A stretch of 64,000 nucleotides of DNA from Bacteroidota bacterium. GTDB taxonomy: Bacteria; Bacteroidota; Bacteroidia; UBA7662. The position numbers and the translations under genes are program-made. Positions within the stretch are counted from its first letter, which is position 1; every line of letters starts with the position of its first letter. Where the stretch lies: NCBI GenBank assembly GCA_005799025.1, contig SYHX01000034.1:6536-70535 (forward strand). Reading direction: 5' to 3'. The notes under the pieces are model-generated. The model did not search any database, had not been told where the DNA came from, and saw only the letters and a program-made list of their open reading frames with translations. Of the stretch, positions 37,350-47,528 are shown piece by piece.

Positions 37350-39226
37350 CCTGTGATTTTTTTGGGAGCTGCTGAACTGTCTATACCTTGAGGCAAGATG
37401 CGAGCCTTTAGGATTCTTTCCTCAAGGTCTGGTCGCTTTGTGCCTCCCAGTAGGTATTTTTCAATCATCAGGCTAGCTACAGGTGCTGCCCAGACGCCAC
37501 CGAAGCCTGCATTTTCAATCAAAACTGCGATTGCAATTCGGGGATTTTTACGAGGCGCAAAGCATACAAAAACGGCGTGATCTTTCCCATGAGGATTTTG
37601 AGCAGTGCCTGTTTTTCCACAAAAAACAATGCTGTCAATTTTTCCATACGCTGTCGCTGTGCCTTGGTCTACAACTTTTTGCATAGCGTCTTGCACAACC
37701 AAAAAGCTCTTTGCCTTTACAGGTATATGATGCTGTTCACGATACTTCATTTTTTTTTGCCCTGTAGCACCGATACTACGTACCAAATGCGGGCGATAAT
37801 AATCTCCTTTGTTGGCGAAAATTGCCATTGTATGTGCCATTTGCAGGGGCGTCATTCCAAATTCACCTTGACCGATTGCAAGCGAAATTATCGAAGAGGA
37901 TTTCCATCGGTTTAATCCAAATACTTTATCATAGTATTCAGATGATGGTAAAATGCCATTTCGCTCGTTAGGTAAATCAATTTCGCACTTACGTCCAACA
38001 TTAAATTTTCTCATGAAATCGTACCAAATTTTGTACCCTTCTTTAGGCTTTAGACCATGGTTTTGATCCACCATGGTCTTGAAGACGTAGCAATAATAAG
38101 GATTACACGATTGCTGTATGGACTCTTCAAGATTTAGAGCTCCGTGGGTGTGTGTGCATTTTACGGTATGACTTCCGATTGAATAACCGCCTCCGCATGG
38201 GAATCTTGTTTCAGACCGAATAAGTCCCAATTCTTGGCCTATTAAGGCTTGAAGAGATTTGACAATGGAGCCAGGTGGATACATGGCTTGAAGTGGGCGA
38301 TTGAATAACGGTTTTAATGGGTTTTTGCTTAAAGATTTATAGTTCTTGCCTCTCAAACTTCCCACCATTAAGTTCGGATCGTATCCAGGTGCTGAAACAA
38401 GAGCAAGAATTTCACCTGTTGATGGTTCGATGGCTACCACAGAACCGAGCTTATTGGCCATGAGTTTTTCAGCATAAACTTGGAGCTCTATGTCCAGACC
38501 TAAATGTAAATCTTCGCCGGGAATGGGGAGAGAGTCAAATGCACCTTCTTTGTATTGTCCAACTTCACGGTTATGAACATCGACGTAGCGGTATTGAACT
38601 CCCCGTTTTCCTTTTAGGTAGTTTTCATAGGTTTTTTCGAGACCGCTAATACCAACATAATCCCCGGAACGGTATTCCCCATTTGATTTGGCGATTAAAT
38701 CTGGTGAGGCTTCTCCAATATAGCCAAGCAAATGTGCAGCATTCGGATATAAATAAGTCCTGTTTGTACGGGTTTCCGCATAGATGCCATTGAAATCGTG
38801 AAGTCTCTCCTGAATATTCACGAAGTCCTCGAGCCTAATTTGAGCATGGAGCAGGCTTGGTTTGAATTTTGAATATGCTGTTGCTTTGAGAAGTCTATGC
38901 TTTAGTTCATTGGGAGAAATTCGAATCAAATTAGCTAATTCAAAGGTATCCAGCGGTTTAGGTAATTCATTTGGAACAACCATCAAATCGTAAATCGGCC
39001 TATTTACTACAATTTTACGACCGTTTCTATCGAAAATAATTCCCCTGGGAGGGTAGGAATTTACTCTACGTATAGCATTTTGTTGCGCCAGCTCGCTGTA
39101 TTCATCGTTAATAACTTGGACATTGAATAGCCTTACCAAGAAAAATGAAAAGATGATAAGAGCTACACTCAGAATCAGCAAATGCCGATTTTCTTTGCCT
39201 AAATTCGAGTCTTGTAAATTTGGCAT
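37346..39226 (-). CDS. mrdA: Penicillin-binding protein 2 (peptidoglycan D,D-transpeptidase)
   Basis: N-terminal TM anchor, PBP dimerisation domain, and transpeptidase motifs SIVK, SGN-like and KTGTAQ. It overlaps rodA by 4 nt. Confidence 0.85.
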   Translation of the reverse strand: MPNLQDSNLGKENRHLLILSVALIIFSFFLVRLFNVQVINDEYSELAQQNAIRRVNSYPPRGIIFDRNGRKIVVNRPIYDLMVVPNELPKPLDTFELANLIRISPNELKHRLLKATAYSKFKPSLLHAQIRLEDFVNIQERLHDFNGIYAETRTNRTYLYPNAAHLLGYIGEASPDLIAKSNGEYRSGDYVGISGLEKTYENYLKGKRGVQYRYVDVHNREVGQYKEGAFDSLPIPGEDLHLGLDIELQVYAEKLMANKLGSVVAIEPSTGEILALVSAPGYDPNLMVGSLRGKNYKSLSKNPLKPLFNRPLQAMYPPGSIVKSLQALIGQELGLIRSETRFPCGGGYSIGSHTVKCTHTHGALNLEESIQQSCNPYYCYVFKTMVDQNHGLKPKEGYKIWYDFMRKFNVGRKCEIDLPNERNGILPSSEYYDKVFGLNRWKSSSIISLAIGQGEFGMTPLQMAHTMAIFANKGDYYRPHLVRSIGATGQKKMKYREQHHIPVKAKSFLVVQDAMQKVVDQGTATAYGKIDSIVFCGKTGTAQNPHGKDHAVFVCFAPRKNPRIAIAVLIENAGFGGVWAAPVASLMIEKYLLGGTKRPDLEERILKARILPQGIDSSAAPKKITG

Positions 39227-39275
39227 TTTATTGGTAAAAATAATTTTAAGTCAAGGGGCGTTTAGGCACAGTTGG

Positions 39276-39803
39276 TCAGTTTTTGTTACCTGAAAATCTT
39301 GATGGATTCATTCCTCGAGTCCATTGAATAAGCGACCATAAGATGCCCATAACCAATACAGTATTTACAAAGCCTTTAATCAAAGAGCTTCCTAATGAGG
39401 TCCACCTTAGTGCCTCAAGTGAATAGGCCAAGGTCTGATGCATGAGGAGTAAAGTGCCTGCATAACTAATTAAGGATCTGATTTCTAAATCCCTCAGATC
39501 AGGGTCAGGAGTTTCTTGTAAGGTAACGGGGGATACGGTGTATCGAATCAAATAATTTTTTATATAAATTGTCCAAACGGATGTCATTGCGTGAATGGCT
39601 CCACTTTGGACCGAACTGTCAATCCACCAACCGATTCCAAATCCCATTAGCATTAAAAGAGATTTATTCCATGATATGGGCATCCAAATAAGGGCTATCG
39701 TATAAACCATCGGATTAAAAAGACCTAACCATTGGACACGGTTAAAAAGACTACCTTGAAATATAATCAAAAGAAGAAAAAGAAGCCAAGGACGTTGATT
39801 CAT
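39276..39803 (-). CDS. mreD: Rod shape-determining protein MreD
   Basis: Small polytopic membrane protein of 175 aa lying between mreC and pbp2. Confidence 0.6.
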   Translation of the reverse strand: MNQRPWLLFLLLIIFQGSLFNRVQWLGLFNPMVYTIALIWMPISWNKSLLMLMGFGIGWWIDSSVQSGAIHAMTSVWTIYIKNYLIRYTVSPVTLQETPDPDLRDLEIRSLISYAGTLLLMHQTLAYSLEALRWTSLGSSLIKGFVNTVLVMGILWSLIQWTRGMNPSRFSGNKN

Positions 39804-39820
39804 TTTTTAGGACTTATTTT

Positions 39821-40702
39821 CTAATCAGTATTAGGGATAATTTTTTCTCGCTCGGCTTGCAATGCCATTCTAATTACTTGCACGTGATCAAGTCGTTTGT
39901 AATCAGCGGTTAAGAAGACTCGAATTTTGTAGGTAATTGCGCCTGGGTTTATTTCGACGCGATCAACCCTCCCTAAGCGAAGGCCAGGTGGGTATACAGA
40001 CGAATAGGAACTGCTCACCAATGCATCTCCTATTTTGATAGGAATATGAATCGGGAAGTCGATGAGTTCAGCATATCGGGACGATTTTCCGTCCCATGAT
40101 AAAATTCCAACAGTTTGCGAATTTGCATGCAAGGCACTAATTTGAATTTTGGTGTTAATGAGTGGGACAACTCTAGCGAAATGTTTAGAAACCGCTTGGA
40201 CCTGCCCCACAATTTTGTCCTCTTGTATGACGGCCATTTTTGGTTGAATTCCGTGCAATGTTCCCCTGTCAAGAAGCATATAATTGTTTTGGCCACCTTC
40301 ACCACAAAAGAGTACCCTAGCAGGGCTGATAAAATCTACTTTAACGCTTGAGTATGGCCAAAGACTGACTAAAGGGCCTGGGCTTGATGTTTTCTTATTG
40401 TTATTTGATTGCGCGGAATCAGCGCTTTTTTGGGCATTTAATGTGAAAGAATCGCTGCTTAATTGACCCTTTAAAACGGCTATCTCATTGTTTAGTCTTT
40501 GATTTTCTTCATCTAATCCCATAAAACGGGTTATTCCTTTTATTTTTTTTTGGTAATTGCCGGCTGTTTCGATTTGAAATTGGGTGAATCGACTATGATG
40601 ATATAGGACATTGGATAAAGTAATCCAAGCTCCAAAGGTCTCTAGGAGAATGAGTAACCCAAGAATTCTGTATTTGAATAGCCAAAGTGCCAGTCCACCC
40701 AT
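39821..40702 (-). CDS. mreC: Rod shape-determining protein MreC
   Basis: N-terminal TM helix, coiled coil, then MreC beta-domain. Position between mreB and mreD. Confidence 0.7.
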   Translation of the reverse strand: MGGLALWLFKYRILGLLILLETFGAWITLSNVLYHHSRFTQFQIETAGNYQKKIKGITRFMGLDEENQRLNNEIAVLKGQLSSDSFTLNAQKSADSAQSNNNKKTSSPGPLVSLWPYSSVKVDFISPARVLFCGEGGQNNYMLLDRGTLHGIQPKMAVIQEDKIVGQVQAVSKHFARVVPLINTKIQISALHANSQTVGILSWDGKSSRYAELIDFPIHIPIKIGDALVSSSYSSVYPPGLRLGRVDRVEINPGAITYKIRVFLTADYKRLDHVQVIRMALQAEREKIIPNTD

Positions 40703-40709
40703 CTTAATA

Positions 40710-41732
40710 TTAGGTCATCAGGAATTGGAAACGGTGAATGTTCTTGAGGGCAATTCCGGTACCACGAACAACCGCGCGGAGTGGATCTTCAGCGACAATA
40801 ACTTTAAGCTTGGTTTTGGCACTAATACGCTTGTCCAATCCTCGAATTAAGGCTCCACCACCTGTGAGGTAAATGCCCGTCTCATGGATATCAGAAGCCA
40901 GCTCTGGGGGGGTGATCTCGAGGGCCTTGAGAATGGCACCTTCAACTTTGGATATGGATTTATCCAATGCGGTTGCAATTTCAGAGTACGTTAATGTGAT
41001 TTCCCGTGGAATACCGGTCATTAAATCTCGGCCACTTACAGGCATGGGTGGCGGAGGTTCTTCTAAGGTTGTTAAGGCAGATCCAATATTGATTTTGATC
41101 AGTTCCGCGGTTCGTTCACCAACCAACATATTGTGTTGACGTCTGACATATTCCAAAACGTCGGCAGTGAATTGGTCACCTGCGACTCGGATGGATTCAT
41201 CGCATACGATTCCAGCCAAGGCAATCACGGCGATCTCTGAAGTCCCTCCACCTATGTCGATAATCATGTTCCCTTTGGGTTCTTCAACATCAATGCCGAT
41301 ACCAATGGCGGCCGCCATGGGCTCGTGGATGAGGTAAACCTCTTTGGCGCCTGCATGTTCTGCAGAATCCCGAACCGCACGCTTTTCGACTTCTGTGATA
41401 CCGGACGGAATGCAGACCACCATGCGGAGGGAGGGAGCAAAAAACCTTTTGGTGGGATTAATCATGGCAATCATCCCTCGAATCATATGTTCAGCGGCAT
41501 GAAAATCCGCAATTACGCCGTCGCGAAGAGGACGGATGGTCTTGATATTCTCATGGGTTTTCCCATGCATTTGTTGGGCCTTCTTGCCGATAGCGATAAC
41601 CTTTCCAGTATTGCGGTCCATGGCGACAATGGAAGGCTCATCCACTACAATCGTGTCCCGATGAATAATCAGGGTATTGGCTGTGCCAAGGTCAATGGCA
41701 ATTTCTTGAGTAAATAAATCGAAGAGTCCCAT
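40710..41732 (-). CDS. mreB: Rod shape-determining actin homolog MreB
   Basis: Actin/Hsp70 fold strings IAIDLGTANTLI, DIGGGTSEIAVI, VVCIPSGITEVE. 340 aa. Confidence 0.9.
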   Translation of the reverse strand: MGLFDLFTQEIAIDLGTANTLIIHRDTIVVDEPSIVAMDRNTGKVIAIGKKAQQMHGKTHENIKTIRPLRDGVIADFHAAEHMIRGMIAMINPTKRFFAPSLRMVVCIPSGITEVEKRAVRDSAEHAGAKEVYLIHEPMAAAIGIGIDVEEPKGNMIIDIGGGTSEIAVIALAGIVCDESIRVAGDQFTADVLEYVRRQHNMLVGERTAELIKINIGSALTTLEEPPPPMPVSGRDLMTGIPREITLTYSEIATALDKSISKVEGAILKALEITPPELASDIHETGIYLTGGGALIRGLDKRISAKTKLKVIVAEDPLRAVVRGTGIALKNIHRFQFLMT

Positions 41733-41870
41733 GGAGTTCTAAAGATGAACGGTTACAGAATAAGAAAGCGAATCTAAAGGTAAAGGGTGATTAAAGATTT
41801 TTTTTTGAAATTAGCTAACCTTGTTCGGAAATCTAGAAAGGGCTAAGGAATCTGTGTGCTCAAAGGCAGG

Positions 41871-43391
41871 CTAATGCTTGAAGTGCCTAACCCCTGTCAT
41901 GACCATGCACATGTCGTTTCGATCGCAGAAATCGATGCTATCCTGGTCTTTGATGGAACCGCCTGGTTGTATCACGGTTCTGATACCTTCTTGCCAGGCA
42001 ATTTCGACACTATCTGCGAACGGAAAGAAGGCGTCGCTGGCCATAATCGCCCCTTGAACATCGAAGTCAAAGGTTCTCGCTTTGTGGGCGGCTTGCCTCA
42101 TGGCGTCAATTCTTGAGGTTTGGCCTGTTCCTGAACCAATGAGTTGACGATTCTTGATTAGAACTATTGCATTGCTTCGGGTATGCTTCACCACTTTTAT
42201 TGCAAATTCCATATCGGTAATTTCCGATGCATTGGGTTGCTTGGCGGTGACGACCTTGAATTGATCCGAGGATTCGGTGGAGCGGTCCGGACTTTGGACC
42301 AGGTAACCACCTAGGGCGGACCGAACTTGCATGGAAGAAGGGATGGGCTGTAATTGTTGAAGGAGAATGCGGTTCTTCTTTCGTGTGAGTAATTCAATGG
42401 CCTCTGTGTTGAAGGAAGGGGCGATGAGAACTTCGTAAAAAATTCCGTCGATTTCTTTGGCGCAGGCTATATCAATGGGTCTATTGGCGGCCAGGATGCC
42501 ACCAAAGGCTGAAATGGGATCACCCGCAAGGGCGTCGTTCCATGCCTCCACCAAAGTAGTACGACTTGCAAGACCGCAGGCGTTATTGTGTTTCACTATA
42601 ACAAAGGTGGGTTCCTCAAATTCAGCCAGCAGGGATAGCGCCGAATCAACGTCAAGTAAGTTGTTGTAGCTCAAAGGTTTCCCGGAAAGGACCCGAAAAT
42701 ATTCCCGCAATGGCCCGTAGAAAAGACCTTGCTGATGAGGATTCTCTCCGTATCGTAGCAAATGGCCTTGATCGGAGGCAATGCGAAGGTAAGTACCTCC
42801 TGCGTCTGCTTTCAAATAGTCAAAAATCAGGGTATCATACCTCGATGTCATTGCAAATGCTTCGGCTGCATACTGAATTCGCTCATCATGGCTCGTTCCA
42901 CCGGCCAGGATCTGTTGCCTTAATCGATCGTATTGATGGGACGATGATAGAACCGTGCATTGCTGATGGTTTTTGGCGGCAGCTCGTAGGAGGCTGACCC
43001 CTCCGATATCTATTTTCTCAATAAGTTCTTGGTGCGTACCCCCGGCAAGTAATGTATCCTCGAAGGGGTACAGATCCACAATCACCAGGTCAATGGGGGG
43101 AATTTCGTAACCTGCAAGTTCGTTGAGATCCTCAATTTGGTGATTACGATGCAGGATCCCTCCAAAAACCTTGGGGTGAAGGGTTTTGACACGCCCCCCC
43201 AGAATGGAAGGATATCCAGTTAGATCCTCAACCTTACGAGGTTGACAACCGAGGCTTTGTAGATAATCCCAAGTGCCGCCTGTGGACCAGATTTCAACCC
43301 CAAATTCCATCAAGGTTTTGGCCAATGGCTCAAGCCCATCTTTGGAGTATACGGAAATTAAAGCGGTGCGGACCGGATTTAAAGCGGACAT
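41871..43391 (-). CDS. purH: Bifunctional AICAR transformylase / IMP cyclohydrolase
   Basis: MGS-like N-terminus (ALISVYSKDGL, GRVKTLHPKVFGGIL) and an AICARFT C-terminal domain. 506 aa. Confidence 0.9.
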   Translation of the reverse strand: MSALNPVRTALISVYSKDGLEPLAKTLMEFGVEIWSTGGTWDYLQSLGCQPRKVEDLTGYPSILGGRVKTLHPKVFGGILHRNHQIEDLNELAGYEIPPIDLVIVDLYPFEDTLLAGGTHQELIEKIDIGGVSLLRAAAKNHQQCTVLSSSHQYDRLRQQILAGGTSHDERIQYAAEAFAMTSRYDTLIFDYLKADAGGTYLRIASDQGHLLRYGENPHQQGLFYGPLREYFRVLSGKPLSYNNLLDVDSALSLLAEFEEPTFVIVKHNNACGLASRTTLVEAWNDALAGDPISAFGGILAANRPIDIACAKEIDGIFYEVLIAPSFNTEAIELLTRKKNRILLQQLQPIPSSMQVRSALGGYLVQSPDRSTESSDQFKVVTAKQPNASEITDMEFAIKVVKHTRSNAIVLIKNRQLIGSGTGQTSRIDAMRQAAHKARTFDFDVQGAIMASDAFFPFADSVEIAWQEGIRTVIQPGGSIKDQDSIDFCDRNDMCMVMTGVRHFKH

Positions 43392-43550
43392 AAGTAAAGA
43401 TCAGAAAAGGCAAGTTTTGAAATTAATTTCCATGAACCATCAGGTTCAGATGAGTCAAGTTAATCTTAACTCAAAGCTAGAATTCATAGCCCTTGGACAC
43501 CAAGGGTCAATCTCTGATTTTATGAACAATCCTGTCAACGAATGACAGGT

Positions 43551-45389
43551 TTATCGCCCTGCGTTGTGGAGATTTCGGTCAATGAAAGTGGAAAGTTCTA
43601 CCCCTTGGAGCAATCCCTGAGCGAGTAAGGCCAGGTCAATGAGTTGCTGTCCTAGAGCTTGTCTTGGTTCAGGGTCTTGCATTTCAACCATCTTCTGAAC
43701 CAAGGGATGCGAAGTATTGACTACCATATCGATGGTTTCTTTCATAGCCCCCCCGAAGAAGGGAGAACCTCCGCCTGTGGCGGCCATCTCATTCATACGG
43801 CGCATGAATTCGGAACGGGTGAGGGTGATGGGGGGATCGTCAGCGGACATAGCCTCCGCCTTGACCTTGAATTCTTCTTTGGTTTTGACCCAATCGCTTA
43901 CCCATTCCACCGCAAGTTTTTCTTGTTCTTCGTTTAGTAAGGAAGTCTTGGATTCCCCTTTGTCCACCAATTTGTCCAAGGTGTCGGAATCAATTCTTTT
44001 GAATGTGGTTTTTTCCAGCTTGCTTTCCAAGGCGCCGATGAAATGAGCATCGATAACGCTGTTCATTTGAAGGACGGTCAAGCCACGCTTGCGTGATCCT
44101 TCAATCAAATGATGTTGAGCGCTGGCTTGGTTGGTGTACAAGACAACCATTTGTCCATCTTTGTTGCGATGATTCGCTTCCAAAAGGGCCGCGGTATCGT
44201 CCCAATTTCTGAGCTGCTGATCGGTATCTCGGTACAAACAAAAGCCCTTTGCACGGTCATAAAATTTCTCGTCTGAAATCATGCCGTATTTCACAAAAAG
44301 CTCCAACTGATCCCATTTTTCTCTGAATGAATCCTCTTGGTTTTTGGCGATATCCGAAAGTTTATCGGCCACTTTTTTGGAGATGTGGGAATTGATTTTC
44401 TTAACGTTGGAATCTGTCTGAAGAAATGATCTGGATACATTGAGCGGTATATCCGGAGAGTCAATGACCCCGTGGAGCAGGCGCAAATAATCAGGGACAA
44501 TATCTTCGACGGAATCAGTTATAAAGACCTGACGGCTATAGAGTTGTATTTTGTTTTTGGCTGGTTCAAAATCTGCTCTCAATTTGGGGAAATACAGAAT
44601 TCCCGTCAGATTGAAAGGATAATCGACATTCAGGTGTATCCAAAACAAAGGCTTTTCGGCCATTGGATACAAATCGTTGTAGAAATTCTGGTAATCCTCA
44701 TCGTTGAGATCGGCAGGCTTGCGGGTCCATAGAGGACTGGTCGCGTTAATATGTTCTTCGCCGAACATTACTTTTACTGGAAGGAATTTCCCATATTTAC
44801 GTAGAATTTCTTTGAGCCTCCATTCATCAAGGTATTCTGCAGCATCCTCCGAAACATGCAGGATAATGTCAGTGCCCCGATCGCTTCGCTCCCCAATCCC
44901 AATTTCGTATTCGGTGGAACCATCGCAGGACCAGCGAGCAGGCGCAGAGCCTTCTTTGTAACTCAAGGTGTGAATGTCCACCCTGTCAGCGACCATGAAC
45001 GCTGAATAAAATCCTAATCCAAAAGCACCAATAATTTGATTGAGGTCGGATTTGTCTTTGTACTTTTCGATGAATTCAGTGGCTCCCGAGAAAGCAACCT
45101 GCGTGATGTATTTCTCAATTTCTTCCTCGGTTAATCCCAAGCCATTGTCGGAAATGGTGATAGTTTTGGAATCTTTATCCAATCGCACTTTAACTTGTAA
45201 TTCCCCAATTTCGCCTTGAACTTCTCCCATGGAGGCGAGGGCAGAAAGTTTCTGGCAGGCATCTACCCCGTTGCTGACTAATTCCCTCAAGAATATTTCT
45301 TGATTGGAGTAAAGCGATTTTTTGATAAGTGGAAAAATGTTCTCGGTGTGGACCGAAATATTACCTTTTTTGGTGGTTGTTTGAGTCAT
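43551..45389 (-). CDS. htpG: Molecular chaperone HtpG (Hsp90)
   Basis: GHKL ATPase N-terminal strings (IFLRELVSNGVDACQKL, GAFGLGFYSAFMVAD), middle and C-terminal dimerisation domains. I trimmed the start to the internal Met (MTQTTTKKGNISVHTE). Confidence 0.85.
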   Translation of the reverse strand: MTQTTTKKGNISVHTENIFPLIKKSLYSNQEIFLRELVSNGVDACQKLSALASMGEVQGEIGELQVKVRLDKDSKTITISDNGLGLTEEEIEKYITQVAFSGATEFIEKYKDKSDLNQIIGAFGLGFYSAFMVADRVDIHTLSYKEGSAPARWSCDGSTEYEIGIGERSDRGTDIILHVSEDAAEYLDEWRLKEILRKYGKFLPVKVMFGEEHINATSPLWTRKPADLNDEDYQNFYNDLYPMAEKPLFWIHLNVDYPFNLTGILYFPKLRADFEPAKNKIQLYSRQVFITDSVEDIVPDYLRLLHGVIDSPDIPLNVSRSFLQTDSNVKKINSHISKKVADKLSDIAKNQEDSFREKWDQLELFVKYGMISDEKFYDRAKGFCLYRDTDQQLRNWDDTAALLEANHRNKDGQMVVLYTNQASAQHHLIEGSRKRGLTVLQMNSVIDAHFIGALESKLEKTTFKRIDSDTLDKLVDKGESKTSLLNEEQEKLAVEWVSDWVKTKEEFKVKAEAMSADDPPITLTRSEFMRRMNEMAATGGGSPFFGGAMKETIDMVVNTSHPLVQKMVEMQDPEPRQALGQQLIDLALLAQGLLQGVELSTFIDRNLHNAGR

Positions 45390-45517
45390 GGGGACGGGCT
45401 TTGGCCATGGGCAATCAAACCTTGTGCCAGAATAACCGATATGGCTTTGTTGTGTCAATTTGTCCGATTCTTGTATCTTTTTGGTGTTTTGAGAGGAATT
45501 GTTCGCAGTTTTGTGTC

Positions 45518-46732
45518 ATGGAAGAAGTTTTCATTTTGGACGCTCTGCGAACACCCATCGGGAAATACGCGGGGGCATTATCAAGCATGAGGCCCGATGA
45601 TATGGCCGCCCATTTAGTAAAGGCCATGATGGAGCGTCATCTCGATCTTGACTCTCAACTAATTGAGGAATTGGTTCTAGGGGCAGCCAACCAAGCGGGG
45701 GAGGATAATCGAAATGTGGCCAGAATGAGCGTTTTGCTGGCCGGTTTGCCGGTCTCTGTGGCCGGAGTCACGGTCAATCGTTTGTGCGCCAGCGGCCTGC
45801 AAGCCATCATGGATGCGAGCAGGGCCTTGGCCATGGGTCAGGGTGATTTTTATTTAGCGGGTGGGGTGGAGAGCATGAGTCGGGCCCCTTGGGTAATGGC
45901 CAAGCCTGAACAGTCCTTTGGTCGGCAACCGGAGATCCACGATACCACTTTGGGTTGGCGCTTCACGAATCCGCGTTGGGAGGGGCTGCATCATCCCTAC
46001 AGTATGGGTGAAACGGCCGAAAATGTGGCAGAGAAGTACCAAATTAGCCGAGTGGATCAAGATGATTTTGCTCAAGCATCGCAGGAGAAATATGCAGCAG
46101 CTCAAGCGTCAGGCGCTTTTGACCGGGAACGAATTGCGACCCCTACGCAAGTTTCCAAGGGCCAAACACAGTGGGTTGCGCAAGACGAGCATCCTCGTTT
46201 GGGGGACAGGGCCAAACTCAGCCAATTGAAGCCCGTGTTTAGAGAGGGTGGGACGGTGACCGCCGGTAATTCTTCTGGTATTAATGATGGCGCAGCTTTG
46301 CTGCTGTTGGCAAGTGCATCGGCCGTCAAGCGTCATCAACTTGAACCCATAGGCCGTGTGGTTTCCATGGCGGTGGCAGGAGTTGACCCTGCTTGTATGG
46401 GCATGGGTCCGGTACCTGCAGTCCTCAAAGCATTGAGTCGTGCTGGACTGCAGGCCAAAGACCTGGGTCTAGTTGAATTAAACGAGGCCTTTGCCTCGCA
46501 GGCCTTGGCTTGTCAACGTGAGTTGGGTTTACCCTTGGAAGATATGAATGTTCATGGAGGCGCTATTGCCTTGGGCCATCCTTTGGGATGTTCCGGGGCA
46601 CGAATCACCACCACTCTTTTGCACGCTTTGCATCGTTACCCTGGTAAGAAAGCCTACGGTCTTGCCACAATGTGCGTTGGGGTGGGTCAGGGTGCGGCCC
46701 TTGTGGTGGAAGCCTTGCGAAGGCCATCATGA
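45518..46732 (+). CDS. Acetyl-CoA C-acyltransferase (thiolase II family, 3-ketoacyl-CoA/beta-ketoadipyl-CoA thiolase-like)
   Basis: Active-site Cys in VNRLCASGLQAI. C-terminal catalytic strings NEAFASQ, GGAIALGHPLGCSGAR, GLATMCVGVGQG. The true ATG at 45518 (MEEVFILDALRTPIGK) was located inside the longer track ORF. Confidence 0.85.
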   Translation: MEEVFILDALRTPIGKYAGALSSMRPDDMAAHLVKAMMERHLDLDSQLIEELVLGAANQAGEDNRNVARMSVLLAGLPVSVAGVTVNRLCASGLQAIMDASRALAMGQGDFYLAGGVESMSRAPWVMAKPEQSFGRQPEIHDTTLGWRFTNPRWEGLHHPYSMGETAENVAEKYQISRVDQDDFAQASQEKYAAAQASGAFDRERIATPTQVSKGQTQWVAQDEHPRLGDRAKLSQLKPVFREGGTVTAGNSSGINDGAALLLLASASAVKRHQLEPIGRVVSMAVAGVDPACMGMGPVPAVLKALSRAGLQAKDLGLVELNEAFASQALACQRELGLPLEDMNVHGGAIALGHPLGCSGARITTTLLHALHRYPGKKAYGLATMCVGVGQGAALVVEALRRPS

Positions 46733-46751
46733 TGGTGATCACCCGCAGACC

Positions 46752-47528
46752 ATGAATCGTTACTTCATTCAGCTGGCTTATGATGGGACGGCCTATCATG
46801 GTTGGCAGCGTCAGCCCAATGCCATGACGGTGCAGGAGCTCATCGAAAATGCCTTAGCTCAATTTACGGGGGAACCCGTTTTTCTTACGGGTCAAGGCCG
46901 TACCGATACAGGGGTGCATGCATCGGAGTTTTTCGCTCATTGGGATGCAAAGGAGGACCTTCGTTCCTTGTTGCGAGGCCAGGTGGAGGATGGGATTAGG
47001 GTTCTTAACCGAATGTTGCCTAACGATTTGGTGATCCAGCGGGTCTTTCAAGTTCCCGTTTCCGCGCATGCCCGGTATTCAGCCCTGTTCAGGACCTACC
47101 AATACCGAATTCATTGGGTCAAGGATCCATTCCAAGCGCGGTATTCCTGGCAGATTCCTGCCTGCCCAGATTGGGATTCTTTGATCAAGGCAACGGCTCT
47201 TTTGCCGGGCAACCGTGATTATAGCTGTTTCGCAAGGGCTGGCGGTGGACAGCAACACGGCCTTTGCAATTTGACCCATGCGCATTGGAAACTGAATGAA
47301 GATCAATCGGCGGTTTTTGAGATCCGAGCCAACCGCTTTCTTCGCAACATGGTCCGGGCAATTGTGGGTACTTTGATGGAAGTAGGCAGAGGTTACCGCC
47401 CTTATCATCAAATCATCGACCTCTTGAATGAAGGAACCCGATCGGATGCAGGCACCTCGGCACCGGCTCATGGTCTTTGTTTGGTTCATGTAGAATATCC
47501 TGACGGTATAATTCAAAAACCTTCATGA
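46752..47528 (+). CDS. truA: tRNA pseudouridine(38-40) synthase
   Basis: Strings YFIQLAYDGTAYHGWQRQ, and the catalytic Asp motif GRTDTGVHA. The ATG at 46752 was located inside the longer track ORF. Confidence 0.85.
   Translation: MNRYFIQLAYDGTAYHGWQRQPNAMTVQELIENALAQFTGEPVFLTGQGRTDTGVHASEFFAHWDAKEDLRSLLRGQVEDGIRVLNRMLPNDLVIQRVFQVPVSAHARYSALFRTYQYRIHWVKDPFQARYSWQIPACPDWDSLIKATALLPGNRDYSCFARAGGGQQHGLCNLTHAHWKLNEDQSAVFEIRANRFLRNMVRAIVGTLMEVGRGYRPYHQIIDLLNEGTRSDAGTSAPAHGLCLVHVEYPDGIIQKPS

Noticed and set aside
43527-43545. Hairpin CCTGTCA-ACGAA-TGACAGG just downstream of htpG as its terminator
   Set aside because: The 7-bp stem is real, but it is not followed by a U-run in the htpG (minus) orientation, so it is at best a weak or rho-dependent pause site.
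43273-43545. 90-aa plus-strand ORF spanning the purH start and the purH-htpG intergenic region
   Set aside because: It overlaps the purH N-terminal coding region on the opposite strand, has no domain, and is more simply explained as the purH promoter region.
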